From NCBI GenBank assembly GCA_904063045.1, contig CAJFCJ010000021.1, positions 620,001 to 684,000 on the forward strand: a DNA stretch of 64,000 nucleotides, written 5' to 3'. Under the pieces are notes generated by a model that saw nothing but the letters and a program-made list of their open reading frames with translations, was not told the DNA's origin and did not search any database. The translations under genes and the position numbers were made by a program. The DNA is from Dimorphilus gyrociliatus (lineage: Eukaryota; Animalia; Annelida). Positions 39,101-53,500 of this stretch are shown here, in pieces; position 1 is the first letter of the stretch; every line of letters begins with the position of its first letter.

Positions 39101-42100
39101 CATCTAGTCAGACTAATAGCAATTTTGTCGAAAGACTATACCATTATTTACCAGATGAAAGTAAGTATATTACACTGTTTGTCGTATTAATTAATTACTA
39201 GAATTCATGTATTTTAATATGTTTTAATAGAATGCCAAAGTAAAACTGGATTCGTTGCTAAACTCTACGGTTCAAAATGTTTGCAATTCTCCCAATCAAC
39301 TAAATCTTTTACCGAAGCCAAATCAAGTTGTGAGAGTTTAACTGGTAAACCTTATAAACTATTTAAGATAGACGATGAACAAATCTCTTGGTTTAACTCA
39401 AATGAAGACAGGTTTTTATAAATACAATTAAATTTTGATAAGAATAAATAATAATATATAAACATACGTTATATGTTTTTAGTTCACAGTCGACCTTTTT
39501 CACTGGTTATACTTTGGAAGATTACGATAAATTGACCTATAACAACTGGGCACCGAAGCAGCCAGACTATTTTAGACAGAATTCGGCCAATTGTGTACCG
39601 ATTTTTGGAGGGAAAACTGCTTCCTGGTCAATGAACGATTGTAATAACAACGAAAAGTCATATTATATATGCTCCACTAATCGTAAGATTCAATTAATAA
39701 CAAGATTGTTGATTATGAATATTCAATATAATAATAATGCCATTTTCCCTAATTATAGTGTATCCAATTAGCTACAAGGGTTGTTTTAGTGAGAGTCTCT
39801 TTTCAAATACTGTTATTGCGAGTATAAGCAATGTTACCGTGGAAAAGTGCGCCGAAGAATGTAAAACCCTACCAGAAATGCGTTACGCCCTTTTAAAAAA
39901 TGGAAATATTTGTAAATGCCTAAAGTTTTTCGATATTACAACTATATATAATTCAAGACACTGTATGATACCTTGCGAAGGTGACATCGAACGTTATTGC
40001 GGTGGTCAATCGTCATTCGACGTCTATCAGATTGACTATACAACCTCCATTAGCGTTACTGGCGTAGACGATTTCAATGCGATTATCCTACCTTCAACGA
40101 TACTGAAAACTGGACAAATTATATCCATAGAAATTAATACTGACGTAACTGATAAAGCAGGTTTCTATTTTAGTTTTTCGGATGGTACTAAGAAACCGTG
40201 GTCGTTGGTAAATAAGACAGAGCACGAATTTACATCACCAGGCGTCTATTACGTAGACGTCAGTGTCAAGAATGAACTAAGCTACTTGAACAAGACCTAT
40301 ACGATAATAGTTCAAGATGCTATCGAAAATCTCGAGATACAATCGGACGATAGGATAAAGTTTTCACAAGAATATTCTATAGATTTATCGTTTACGAAAG
40401 GAACAAATGTTACTTGTAAAATAACAGATGAAAAAGAGATAACTATTAACCGTTTTTTCCCTACTCATATCTCTCAAGAGAAAATAGTAATTCCTTTCTC
40501 AAAGGTCAATAATTATACTATGAATATTACCTGTTCCAATTTACTAAATGCTGTTTCAAAAGAAATAAGCGTTATTGTACAAGAAGAGATTAGAGATTTA
40601 ACTTTAAGTGTGAAACCTGATAAGGCTCCATTTGGTAAAACTATACTTATTATTTGGAGTATTGGCAAAGGCACTCTCGTCTCCTTTGTAGGCCTATTAG
40701 ATAATAAAATAGTGCCTATTGATTATGTTCATGGTCAATTATCTGGTAGTTATAAGACATCAACAACACCTATTGGCAATCATACATTTATGTTACAAGC
40801 TTCTAATCTTGTTTCTGGACCTTTAAATAAGACAGTTAAATTTCAAATAACGAATGGCATATCAGACATGAAATTAAGAGTTAATTCTCAAATAATAAGA
40901 ACAGGGTATGAAACTATAGCAACAGTTTTTCTCTCAAAAGGTTCCTTGTTTACAACAAAGATATGGTACGGTGACGGTACAGTTGAAACTCATCAAACAA
41001 ATGATGAAATACAAAATTTTGAGAGAGTTTTCAAATATAAATACAAACAACCAGGCGTTTATTTATTAGTTGTTCAAGTAACAAATGGTTTAAACTCATT
41101 TACTGAAAATTCAACAATTTACGTTCTCAACACCGTAAAATTCATTACAGTCGCCACTCAAAATGTTTCTGCTAGCGAGGAAGCTGTATTCTTTAATTTC
41201 CTATCCTATAAAAACAATCCAAAACCAACTAACGCAACTATGACAATAGATTTTGGAGATGGCGAAAAATTTAAGACTATTGATGTTAATAACATAATAT
41301 TTCCCTATTACGAAAGATACCGATACCTAAGGGAAGGATTTTATCGACTTCAAGTAAACATAAGCAATAAATTAGATGACAATACTTTTACAAGAGATGT
41401 TCAAGTTGGTCACCAAATTAAAGGATTAACCTTAACTGCTCCAAAGACCACTGTTGCGACTAACGTACCATTAGTATTAACAGCCGATATGGTTAAGGGA
41501 ACAAAGTGTCGTTATTCGTTTAGTTTTGGTGATGGAGAAAGTTATATTGACCAGAAATTAAGAACTGCGCCATTCGCTGAGAAATTCTTGTCTCATTCTT
41601 GGAAGAAGGAAGGATCATTCGATATTTTATTAAATGCTACAAACATGTTTGGACAAAAATCATCTAAATTAACAATTATTGTACAAGAACCTATTCTAGG
41701 CTTACAACTTACAAACAACGGACCACAAATTCCTGATAAACCAGTAAATTTTGTACTAACGATATCAGAAATTGGTACAAACAGCTGTTTTAAATGGGAA
41801 TTTGGTGATGGTAAAGAATTTTTGTTCGGCTATCCACTTTGTCCAGATAAGAATTCAAACTCAAATTTCTTAGTTATTGAATCGTCTGTCTTGAAAATAT
41901 CACATAATTATACAACTTCCGGTTTGTATAAAGCGACAGTAACTGGATGGAATAGCGTTTCAAATACTAAAGCTTCGTCGGAGGTAGCTATAGATAAAGT
42001 ATTATGCAATATACCGGAAGTTGATTTGCAAAATACCGGTAAAATAATTAAAGAGGCTAATGAAGTTTACCGTTCCGAGATCGTACAGATAAGTTCTACT

Positions 42101-45100
42101 GTACAAATGCAGTGTAATCCACCGAAAAAAGCTGTAAATACTTGGTCTCTCTATCAAGTAAGCTTTTATTTTAATGGCACTGAAAAATTAACTAGAATTC
42201 AAATCCCACCTCAAATAAATCAAATGTCATTAAAATTGCCAAAACGATATTTAGCTTTGGGAATATATAAGGTAGTTGTTACCGTTAATCCCGAAGGTTT
42301 AAAAACTATATCTAAAGAAGCTTGCGGTTACTTTTTAATTGTATCTTCACCTCTACTACCAAATATGGAAGGAGGAAGCAGAAGAACAGCACCTAATAAT
42401 AGAGATCTTTCATTAGATGCCTCTAAATCTTACGATCCAGATGTAGATAATCCAGCATTCTCAGAATTAAGCTATAACTGGTATTGTAGACTTGAACACG
42501 AAAAATTTGCTAGAGATTCAAATGAAAAGTTAATAGACACTGCGACACAAGCTGGTTCAGGTGGGTGCTTTGGCGATGGACCAGGAAAATTAACATATTC
42601 GACAGCCAAAGCCGTCGTAGATAACAGACTATTAAAATATGGTCATATTTATGTATTTAAACTTGTAATCTACAAAGATGATCGATTGGCCGAATATGAT
42701 CAAACTGTTGAAATAATTGGCGGTCAAAATCAAAAATTATCAATAGAGTAAATAATTTACATAATTTACTTGATTAATTAATTAATATTCATTTTATATT
42801 CAATCAGATGTAAGTCGAATTGTATGAGAAAAGTGGATGCGAGTCAAAGTTTAAAAGTGATTGGAAAATGTGATTCGTGCGATATGGCTAAACAACATGC
42901 TTTAACTTATTCGTGGTCTCTATACGAACAAGAGGATAACACAGAAAAGTTTAATTTAGTTAAAGAATTTCAAGATCTAACGAATTCAGGTAAAATAAGG
43001 CATCAATTAATATTATACAATATTTGTGCAGTATATATGAAATGAAGACATTCACTGTATAAGCATATAGTATACGCGTAGTTAATCAAGTACAGTTAAA
43101 ACAGAAGTTAGCAGAGAGATAGAGGGAGAGAGTGAGGATTTGCCAATTTTTTATCATACGATCGTATGAAGGATCAGCAGACAAATTCTTATGTAATATC
43201 CCGCAGATTTGAAGGATAAAAAAAAACTAGTTGAAACTATTAAATTTCTAATTTCAATAAGTTGGAAAAGTTACTTAAGTTGGCAAAAGGATGAGGAGGA
43301 GTAGGAAGAGGGGAACGACGACGAGAAGGTTTATTCTCCTCGCCCTCCCTGCAGCCGATATATTTAAGATATTCAAATCAATCATTTCATATTGTTTATT
43401 ATAAAAGATAATATATTTATCACAATAATTCTCACCTTTATGGTTTAAACATCTGGGTTAAATAATTATAATAGGTCAATAAAAATTGTAACTAGATCAT
43501 TCGTTTCGGCTTTTAAACTACTAACCCTCTTCTTTAATTATTCCTTTCGTCTTTCAAGGTTATAATATAAAATAATTGGCACAATCCCTGCCTTTATCAC
43601 GTAAAATCCTTAACATCCTTCAAGGTTATTCATACTGAAATAATATTCATTTAATATCCTATTGTAATATCAAAAGGTAGTTTATATGGGAATTATATCT
43701 TTTTTCTTGAACAACCTTGACCCGTTTGCCAGTTTGAGTATGATTAATGATGACGGATTTGGATATGTAAATTTGGAGGAGAAGAACATAGTTTTTTCTT
43801 TCTAATTATCATGTTTTCTCCAATTTAATTCTATAATTAAAAGATCGAGAATGTCATTGATAGAATTCTAATGAAATATCTCATATTATACGTTCGCAGG
43901 TGTTACAAAGAGATTTCTAGTCCTTAAGGAAAACGTTCTGACCTTCGGTAAAAGTTATAGGTTAAGATTTGGAAATTTGGAGGCATATAGCGAATACGAT
44001 TTTAGCGTTAATTACCCGCCTTATAACGGTCATTGTGCCAGTAATATTCCTATAGGTAATTTAAATGCAAAATATGCTGATGAAGCAACATTTTTTGATA
44101 ATTTTTTATTCTATAAATGTTATGTTTGATAGGATTCGCTTTGGAAACATATTTTATCTTTAAATGTGAAAAATGGTTGGACGAAGGTCCCAGACAAAAA
44201 CGAGATCCTATAATGGATGCGAAACAGCCGGTTACGTTGTCTTACATCTTCCAATATGCTGTTCGAGGTCGGGATACTACGCCTATACTGCTTTTTGAAT
44301 ATACAGGACCAAAGGTATAATTGCTAGCGTTCCTTTATTAATAAATTAATTACTAACTAATTTTATTGTTTAATGATAAATATGCTTTGTAACTAACTAT
44401 AAATCTCTTAAACGATTAAAATGGTGATTGGTACTTGAAGCGCCAAGTGATGATGGATGTAACAATTTTTTGACATTTATATTATTACAGCTACTACTCT
44501 TATTTAACATAGTAGCTTCTTTGTAAACGCCCTCTTTTTTTTACTAATTGATCTATTAAACTATTAGTACTGTATACTTTCTCTTCAGCCTGAAACTAGA
44601 AAGATTCAAATGCCTCAAGGAGAAGAGATGCACGATAATCTTATCGATATTTTTGTTACAATAAGGGATAAGCAGAACACAGCCGCTCAAGTACAATTTA
44701 AGATACAAGTTCTTCCGAGTAGAAGAACTGCTAAAGAAATACAAAATTCTACCGCATTGGAGAAACTCGAAGCCGACGGAGATCTCGTCGGAGTGTTTAG
44801 ATTCTACGGTCAAATATCTGAACTTCGAACCAAGGTTAGCCTATTTTTTTATATTTTACTATTTGTAATAGATAGTTAACCACGGTTATAAAGATACGCA
44901 GAGATTGTTATATGTTATCTTACCCTATAAAAAATATTTAGACGCCATTTTTGTTATCACAAAGCTAATTGAAACAATCCAAAAAAAGAAGAAAAGTAAC
45001 TTTACTTCCGATAAAGATACTAAAAGAAAAAAACATTATTTTTATAAGAAACTTTACTCTTCTAACTTAAAATGAATTGCTAAGAAGATAAGCAAATCTT

Positions 45101-47206
45101 TTTCATTTAGCCTTAGGGGTTATTGCGAATGTTTCGTTTTCCTCTTCGTCTTTTTATAGCAACCACCCCCTCCCCTCTATTCTGTTTCTCTCCATCCTCC
45201 TTCTAAAAATAACACAGAACGTATCCATAGAGAAATAATAAGTAATTAATAACTTTGAAATATAAAAATCCATCATAGTCTATATTTAAAAAATTGATCA
45301 AAAGTAAACAAAGAAAGTAAAGATAAAAACATTCTTTTCTCCAATCTTTTTGTCTTGATTTAAGTCTTTAAGAAAAGCTAAAAAAGAGAAGAAAAACTAA
45401 GAAAAAAACTAAAAACAGACATGTTAATAATCAATAGAATATCTATTCTTTTAACTTATTTTATTATCTATGGAATTGCGTCTGTTGAATTGGAATCTGT
45501 AAATTCGACTATAGAGAATTTAGAGAATGGAAATGAGCGAACGAAATCAATTAATAAGCATGGAATAATTCCAAATGATAATCCACTATTAGATAGTAAT
45601 AATAATAATACTAGAAAAGTTGGAGTAGGACTAGAATATTCAAAAGATTTAAACAGTAGTTTAGTTTCAAAAAGAACATTTCGAGAAAAGGTTGGAGCGC
45701 ATAAAGCTATTCTAGATACGAATAACGAATCTAATTTATCAAATAGTTGTAACCAGGTTCTAATTATTCAATTATCTCTATGGTTTTATCTAATTACCAT
45801 AAATATGATTATTAATTATTAAACAAAATGAAAAGATTACTGTAAGATAAATAAAACAAAGAACAAGTAAAACTTTATCCATCCTTTTTTGAAAGTAACG
45901 TTAGTATTCCTTTAAATAACTGTTACTCGGATGCGGTTCGACCGAATTACAAAGTACACAAAAACTGTTTAACCTCTTTCGCTAACCCCATTGGAAAATT
46001 TTTGGTTAATAGAAGACCAAAACAACCTAATTAACAGTACACTTGTCCTGAACTCTTTCTTTTCTTTTTCAATTCTCTGTTGTTTCCAATTTATTTACGT
46101 AAATAACAGTGAAATTTGAACTAATTTTGGGACTGTTAACTAGACTTTTTGCGCCCTTTACCATCTGCTTAGAATTTTCCCTTTTCTCCATCGTTCTCTC
46201 TGCTTCATTTTACAATTAGATAGTAATATACATAGACAATAAAGTTGAAGAAACGGGTAATAAGATACAAAACTTAAGCATGAGTACATTTCTCTTTGTT
46301 ATTCTCTATCATATTTAAAAAAAAGAGTGTTAAATAAATATACTATTTCTACTAGTGATTATGTACAATGTACATGCTTTATACAAATATGCAAATTAGC
46401 TATTTTTAATATGTTAATTACTGTATAAAGTGAACATAATGTTTTATAATCTACTTATCATATAGTGAAAAAAAAAGAGAGAGGAATGTTATCAAGTGGT
46501 TTTCCAAGTGCAAACTTTACGTGCTATCAATAAACTTTATCAGCCTAGTTTACTTCTCTCACCTCCCTTCACCCCTCCACAAAAAAATTCGATATATTGT
46601 TATGGCCTTTACTAGGCTTATTATTTAAAACAGGCGTAGTGTTTTCTTGTAATATTAATAACAAGAATAAATAAACAGGAGCTTATGATTTTAGTTTGAT
46701 AATACTAAATAAATTTATAAAAGAGATAATACTATTAATGAAGGAATAGCTTATTATAAACCAACTGCGGATTATATTCTACAGACATTGATAATTAGAT
46801 GAGAGTCTAAAGAGAAGGTACTATATTGACCTTACAGGTCATTATGTTGTTCCTTATTGTTTGTATCCTTTGGTGCTTGCTCTCATTTCACTATAGACTT
46901 GTATATGTTCCAAGTATAAAGTTTTCGTCCTGTATTACGGGACTTTGTTTTTTTACTTTCCGTTTTCACTCAATAAGCAATAAGAGGGAATTGTTAAATT
47001 ATAGATAAGCCTATTTGGTTGAAATGATATAAAGGCAAAACACGTTAACAAGTAATTTTTCAAGTCTAAAACACTTTTTTCCTTAGATGATTAATAGATT
47101 AAAAGATAAATGGATATATAGACGGATTGAAAGATAGATAGACAGAGATAAACAAATTCAATATACATATATGTATATATATTAAAGCCTATTAATATTC
47201 AAAGAA

Positions 47207-47237
<31 letters not shown>

Positions 47238-48401
47238 TACGAATGATACAAAGCTAGAGACCAAGACGATGAGAGGGTAAAGTTTATTTAATAGCTAATT
47301 GATTTGTCGTCTTATTTTTCGCTTGCTTCTTTTTCTTGTTTAAAGTTTCTTAAGTGTAAAAAAAAAAGAAAACAAAATCTGATAGTTTGCTAAGAAGAGA
47401 TTGGAGTAGGGTAGGATATATTGATGTTAGAAGGAGAAAAATTCTCTTTCGGGAAGCACTATAACGGATCTCCTCTAGTAGGCTTAATGATAATGTTTTA
47501 ATTAAATTCTCCTTTTTATCTTGTTTAATTTCAAATATAATATTACATATATATATTATATTTTTTAACTGTTTTTTTTAAACTTTATAATACTGTTCTT
47601 CTCTCTCTCTCTCTCTCTCTCTCTTATTTCTTGTAGATTTACGATAATTCTAAATAGACAAGAAAAATTAAACTTTATAATAAAACCATTCATATCTTGC
47701 CTTCAATAGGCCTAATTTTCAATTTATTGCTCTTTGATTACTCTTTATTTAATTTCCTGCACTTGAACCATCTCTATCATCTTCATCACCTCCTTAAGAT
47801 TTGTTTTGCCTTTTAAAAATCCTAGACTAAACAACTACGTAAGAGTAATATATTAGAAATAAAGTTTGTAATTTCTCTTCGGAAAACAATAGAATAAAGC
47901 CTTTATAATAGATTTAAATAAATTGTAGTAGAAGTTTTATTTGTAGTTGTAGTTGTCTTAAATTTACTAGTAGTATTGGAAAATGTATAGATGGAGAAGA
48001 ACTATGAAAGACTGGATAAGTGGAAGAAAGGGGCAGCAGGAGCCAGACAAAGAAAAAAAAAGTTATTTTTTTATATATAAGTAAATAATCAGTACATTAA
48101 TGTCAAAGAGTTCATTATTTTTTATACGCAATAAGGGATATCCTTACCGAAAATTTAGCCTATAGAACGCTCCAAAAACCTGTCTCTTTTTTCACCTATA
48201 TGTATAAATTTTTATATATATTTATATATACATACAGTCCATATATTAAGAAAGGTAAATTATCACTTAAACTTTTATCAAGTACAATATTCATACAAAA
48301 TTTTATTACGAAAAGGAAATTTAAAAAATAAATAAAACTTAAGCCATTAAATTATTAAATATGAAATACGTATAGTGTACATATACAGTATATATATATA
48401 C

Positions 48402-48449
<48 letters not shown>

Positions 48450-50455
48450 TCAATAAATGCAAAATATATTAGTACTTATATACATAATATATATATATAT
48501 ATATATATATATTACCGTATAAATATAAAAAAAGGCAGGAAGCAGGTTCAACCTGAGATATACTATTGTCCATAAATTGCTACGAAAACAAAGAGTAGAA
48601 CACTTGTAATGCTCCAACAAATTTGGCTACTTCCGCTATCGGTCGAGTGATTTTCGGCATTCCCTCCAGAACCAAATTCTTTCTTGGGCCTTGTAAGCTT
48701 TTTTACTTTCGAGACGGTTGTTGGTTCAACTTCTTCATCTTCGTCTTCTTTGTCCTCCACTTCATCTACTCTCTTTACCTTTTCATGCTTTACGTCATGT
48801 TCGTCATGATCGTCGTCATCTTTTTCGCCCTTTGTATGTATTTCAGACGCGTCCGGCTCAAAAGTAGTCATTTGAACTTCACCAGAACCTTCTCCGATAG
48901 CTAATCCATTTTCCATTTTATTCTCCGACTTGGTTAAAGTAATAAGAAGAACTGCCGAAAGTAGCAACAACAGTTTAGCGAATTCCATAGTAGTAGTTTT
49001 AGTATGTTTCTGCCAGTAAATCTTAAAATAATTCTATAAATGTTTATCGCTTGCTTTTGGCCGTTCTCTTTCCCTTTGAAAAGTTTTTCGCTTAGAGTTT
49101 TTCACTCTCGACCAGGCGGCAATTTGATAACGTTTCAAGCGCTAAGCTGTCTGATAGAAATGTGCGGATGCTAACCGTTTTTATGCCGAGTCTAGATGCC
49201 TCCCTCTCTAAATTTCTTTTTTCTAAAATTACACTAAACTTACGGATTTTCCCCCTTAATGACGTACATACCTATATGTTTATTGGTTAATTCAAACTCC
49301 GCCTGTAATTTATTCACAAAAGAAAGCCTAACTGATATAAAAAAAGGAAAATTTATTACCGTCAATTGTTTTTCAGTACAATTAAACCTATTTACAATTG
49401 TGAAATATTCTCCTTTCTCCCGACGTTTAATCTTAAGAGTTTACATATCGTTTACTCATACTTCAATAGCACATTGACCTTTAAGCTTTGTCTAATTGGT
49501 TTGTCTGTTGACGAGTTATTAATAATTTCTATATATTAGTTTATATAAATACTGTATATCCATATACATTTTAACATTTCAATTTTCTCACGTACGAAAG
49601 ACTACGAACAAGTTAATATTCTTTTAATTTGATATTTTATATTTTTTTGTTTGTAATTACTATCAATGATAAAAAAATGTTCCCTATTGATTTATCCTCT
49701 TCGGTAATCATCTACCATTTCTAACTATAGTAAGATTATCCCCGATGTTACGTAATATCTCTTTTTTTCGTTATTAAAACAAGATTCAGTCTGGCATTTG
49801 GATAGATTTTTTTTTAGTTTTTAAATAATTAAGTATTAAAGATACCCCGATAAACTAAAATTGTCTTTGTTCTTAAGAAAATCAGGCTGGAGAGGAGGGG
49901 TCAAGGCTGTTTGTTCACTTTGTAAAAGACTTTACAGATATGATTATATTGTTTTATTTAGTCTGATTTTTTGTATTTATATATTATAGGAGAATCAAGG
50001 TAAAAAGGTTAGCGCCGAAGATGAAAAAGAGGCTGAAGAGGTGAATTTCTTATATTAAAATATAAATCCTTTTTATTTCCTTCTCATAAACAAAACAAAT
50101 ATGATTAGATAACGACAAGAGCATTGAAAGCTGTTGAAGAAAATGTTGATAAACTATTATCATTCCCCGAAAGGTTATTAGCATCACAAACAACCGAAAA
50201 GCTATTAAACTCAAACGCAAAGATTGGCAACGATACCAAAGTTTGTAATAATAATATATAAGCAATACTTTTAATTGACTGATTGATTTGATGATTGATT
50301 AGTCGATTTTATAGGTAAACTATTTATTTAACGATAATTAATCTTTTTAAGGAAAAAGCAGCCGATGCATTATTTAAAATTTTATCGAATGAAGATAACG
50401 ATCTAACATCTGAAAGTGTTGATTCCAAGCAATTACAGGATATGTCCAAATGTTT

Positions 50456-50504
<49 letters not shown>

Positions 50505-53500
50505 TGCCTAACTGTATTGATGAACTATCTTTATCTTCTAACATTAATAATATCAGCCAGAGAACTATAAACTTTTACTAGTTACAGGACTTTCGCACTT
50601 TGTATAGTCGCGTGCTTACGTCGTGCGATTTTTACCAGAAAGACTGGGAATTTAAAAAAAGAAAGGCCTATACTTTTCCACATTTCTTTTCTTTCCTTTT
50701 GTAAACCTTATACGTACATGTCATAAAAAATCTCTTATACAAAACTCTATACTTTATTAGTAAACTTTTAATCGAATTCTATTCATAAGTTATTATAATT
50801 AAATTCCTAGTAGCGTTTCACTTGTTACTCATCGCGAATAATTAATAGATTAATATAATAATACTATACATTCTATGTATATTGTATGTAATTTCTTATA
50901 AATACTATAGATGTAATAAACAAGTATTTTCTTTATTTGTAGCCTGTTTAACGAGTTCAATTTCGTTAACGGAGGGGTCAAAGGGTGTAGCTGCTTGCCC
51001 AGAACCTATTCTTGACTTTGGAGATGTTTCGCCAAAAGTCTATGCAAGACTTAAGAAAGAAGCCGTTGAAAAAGCCGAAAGAGACTGTAAAGAACAGAGA
51101 ATAGAGGTTGTATATACAGTATACATTTCTGAAGTTTATTTTATATTAAACGAGTTATTTCTTAACTTTTAAAGGCTTCAAAATTACATTTAAAACTAAG
51201 AAAACTAAATAAAAAAGTTAGGAAATTGGCATTAAAAAAGACAATTCAGGGAGAGGGAATGACTCATTCTGTTGGCGATAAAAAGGTTTGTATCATTTTC
51301 TATAAAAACCAAGTAATATATCGTAGTTTATAATTGAAAAACATTTATGACAATAAATAAAAAGGTTTGTAGGGAAAAGGAACAATGTACCTTAAAAACT
51401 GTTAGTAAACAATGTCCCTTGTATATTATTTTTACAAAATTTGATCTCTCCATTTTCCTTTTACTTTACTTTTCTTACATGAAAAACATATCTAATTTTT
51501 TACATGTTCATATTTTATATTAATAGATTTCTATGACTAAATTTGATCCTCTCGACGTGTCTAAAGAATCTTTGAAAAGCGATAAAGGTAGCTTCAAAAT
51601 ACCATCTTCGGTCAGAAGTAAATTTTCTCAACTTGACCAAATTGAAGTTGAAGTGAGTGCATAAACAATAAACAACTAAACCAACCCTATAATAATATAA
51701 TTAACCATCTAGATTACGTCGCGAAACGATAATCCATATGCCTATGATGATTCAGCACAAAAGGTCAATTCGTCCTTGACCTCTCTATCTTTCAGCCGCG
51801 GAGACGATGATATATCAATTACGAATGAGAATGAACCAATAGAGATTTCTGTTCGAAAAGACGATGCAACATTACCAGAAAGTGTAGTGGTAGGTTAAAG
51901 AAAGAGAAAAGAGCATTTCACAAATATAATTAATATTCAATTTTGTTAAAGGTATCCTTTAAGAACGGTTCCAATCCTCAAAATCTTTATCTTCATAAAT
52001 TCGATGTAACCGACCCTAACGCTGCAATAATAATTTTTATACAAGAAAACGATCCATTACAAGAATTAAACTATTATATCAATTTTGATCAAGTTGTTAA
52101 CGTATCGAATGCTTTAATAACTGGTCAAATTCCAAATAGAGATGAAAGTGAAGAAAACTCTTGGAGAATCTTCATAAATCCAATTGAACATTTGAATAAT
52201 GAAACTTTAATTAATTCATCACTTTCAATTGGTTTTAAACCTGTCAGTAAGTTATATTTAGTTATTTTTTCAACTTTAAATTAGAGTATTATTTACAAAT
52301 CTCTCTCTCTATCTATCTATCTTTTATATCATTCTTCATCTCTACTTAAAGCTCTGTAAATTATAGAAAAAAAAGCATTAGGTTAACAACCTAACAATAG
52401 GCAATTTACATATACTATATATATATATATGTATGTGTGTATGACATAGTAAAACAATCATCAGTATCCAAGTTAGAAATTAATACACAGTATTATGTAA
52501 TGATACGTAATTAAGAGACTTATAGATTGATATGGTCGACGAAAAGACATTTAAACTTTGTACTTTTACCGAAAGTATACAATACAGTATACTATAAATA
52601 TACGTATATATAAAAGAAAACAATTGTAATTAACAAAAACATATAACTAGGATGCACCGTAGAGATATATTTATACATTGAATGTATAAACAAGTAACTA
52701 TTGTTTCAATTAGAAGAGTACCAATTATCTTTTATTACATAATCTCTCTTTCTCTCTCTCTCTTTTAACTTAATTCAAATTTCTCTGTTGATTATAGAAA
52801 AATATTTTTTGCTCCATTTTTCAGACGATACAACAACAAAACTTACATTTAATATTACAAGTTATAGTTCAGCATGTGTATTCTTTGACGAAGATAAGGA
52901 ATCTTGGTCATCGGAGGGTTGTAAAGTTTCAAGTAAAACTCAATTGAACGAAACTGTTTGCCTTTGTAATCATTTAACATTATTCTCAACTTCCTGGTTC
53001 GTTCCACCCAATACGATTGATTTTAGTACCGTCTTCGATAATTTTGGAGCTAAACTATTAGAAAATATACACGTTTTCGTAACAATTATTATACTAATTG
53101 TTATATATTTCATATTAGTTGTGATTCTAAGACGTTACGACAAATTAGATATAATTAAGGTAAAATCTATTCGTATACTATTTAAAAGTTGACAAACAAT
53201 CAAAGTTATTCCATTATTACTGTTTTTATTTATATTAGTGGGGTGTCAGTCCGTTGAAAGACAACACTGCTACGGATCTATATCATTATCAATTATCAGT
53301 TCATACTGGTATGAGGAAGAATGGAGGAACTGACTCTTCGGTCTTCTTTGTACTTGGTGGCGACGATAGTGACACCGAAGTTAGAAAATTGGAAGGAGTA
53401 GCAGATAAGGTTCCGTATTTGTTACTCATATCTACTTTTCTTATTTCTAAGACATTTTTTTTAAAATAGAAATTGGCTAGAGGTTCAATAAATAATTACC

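Noticed and set aside
43686-43805. 39-aa ORF or cassette exon in a PKD1L intron
   Set aside because: Its candidate splice phases (1 in, 0 out) do not preserve the PKD1L frame, and it shows no homology.
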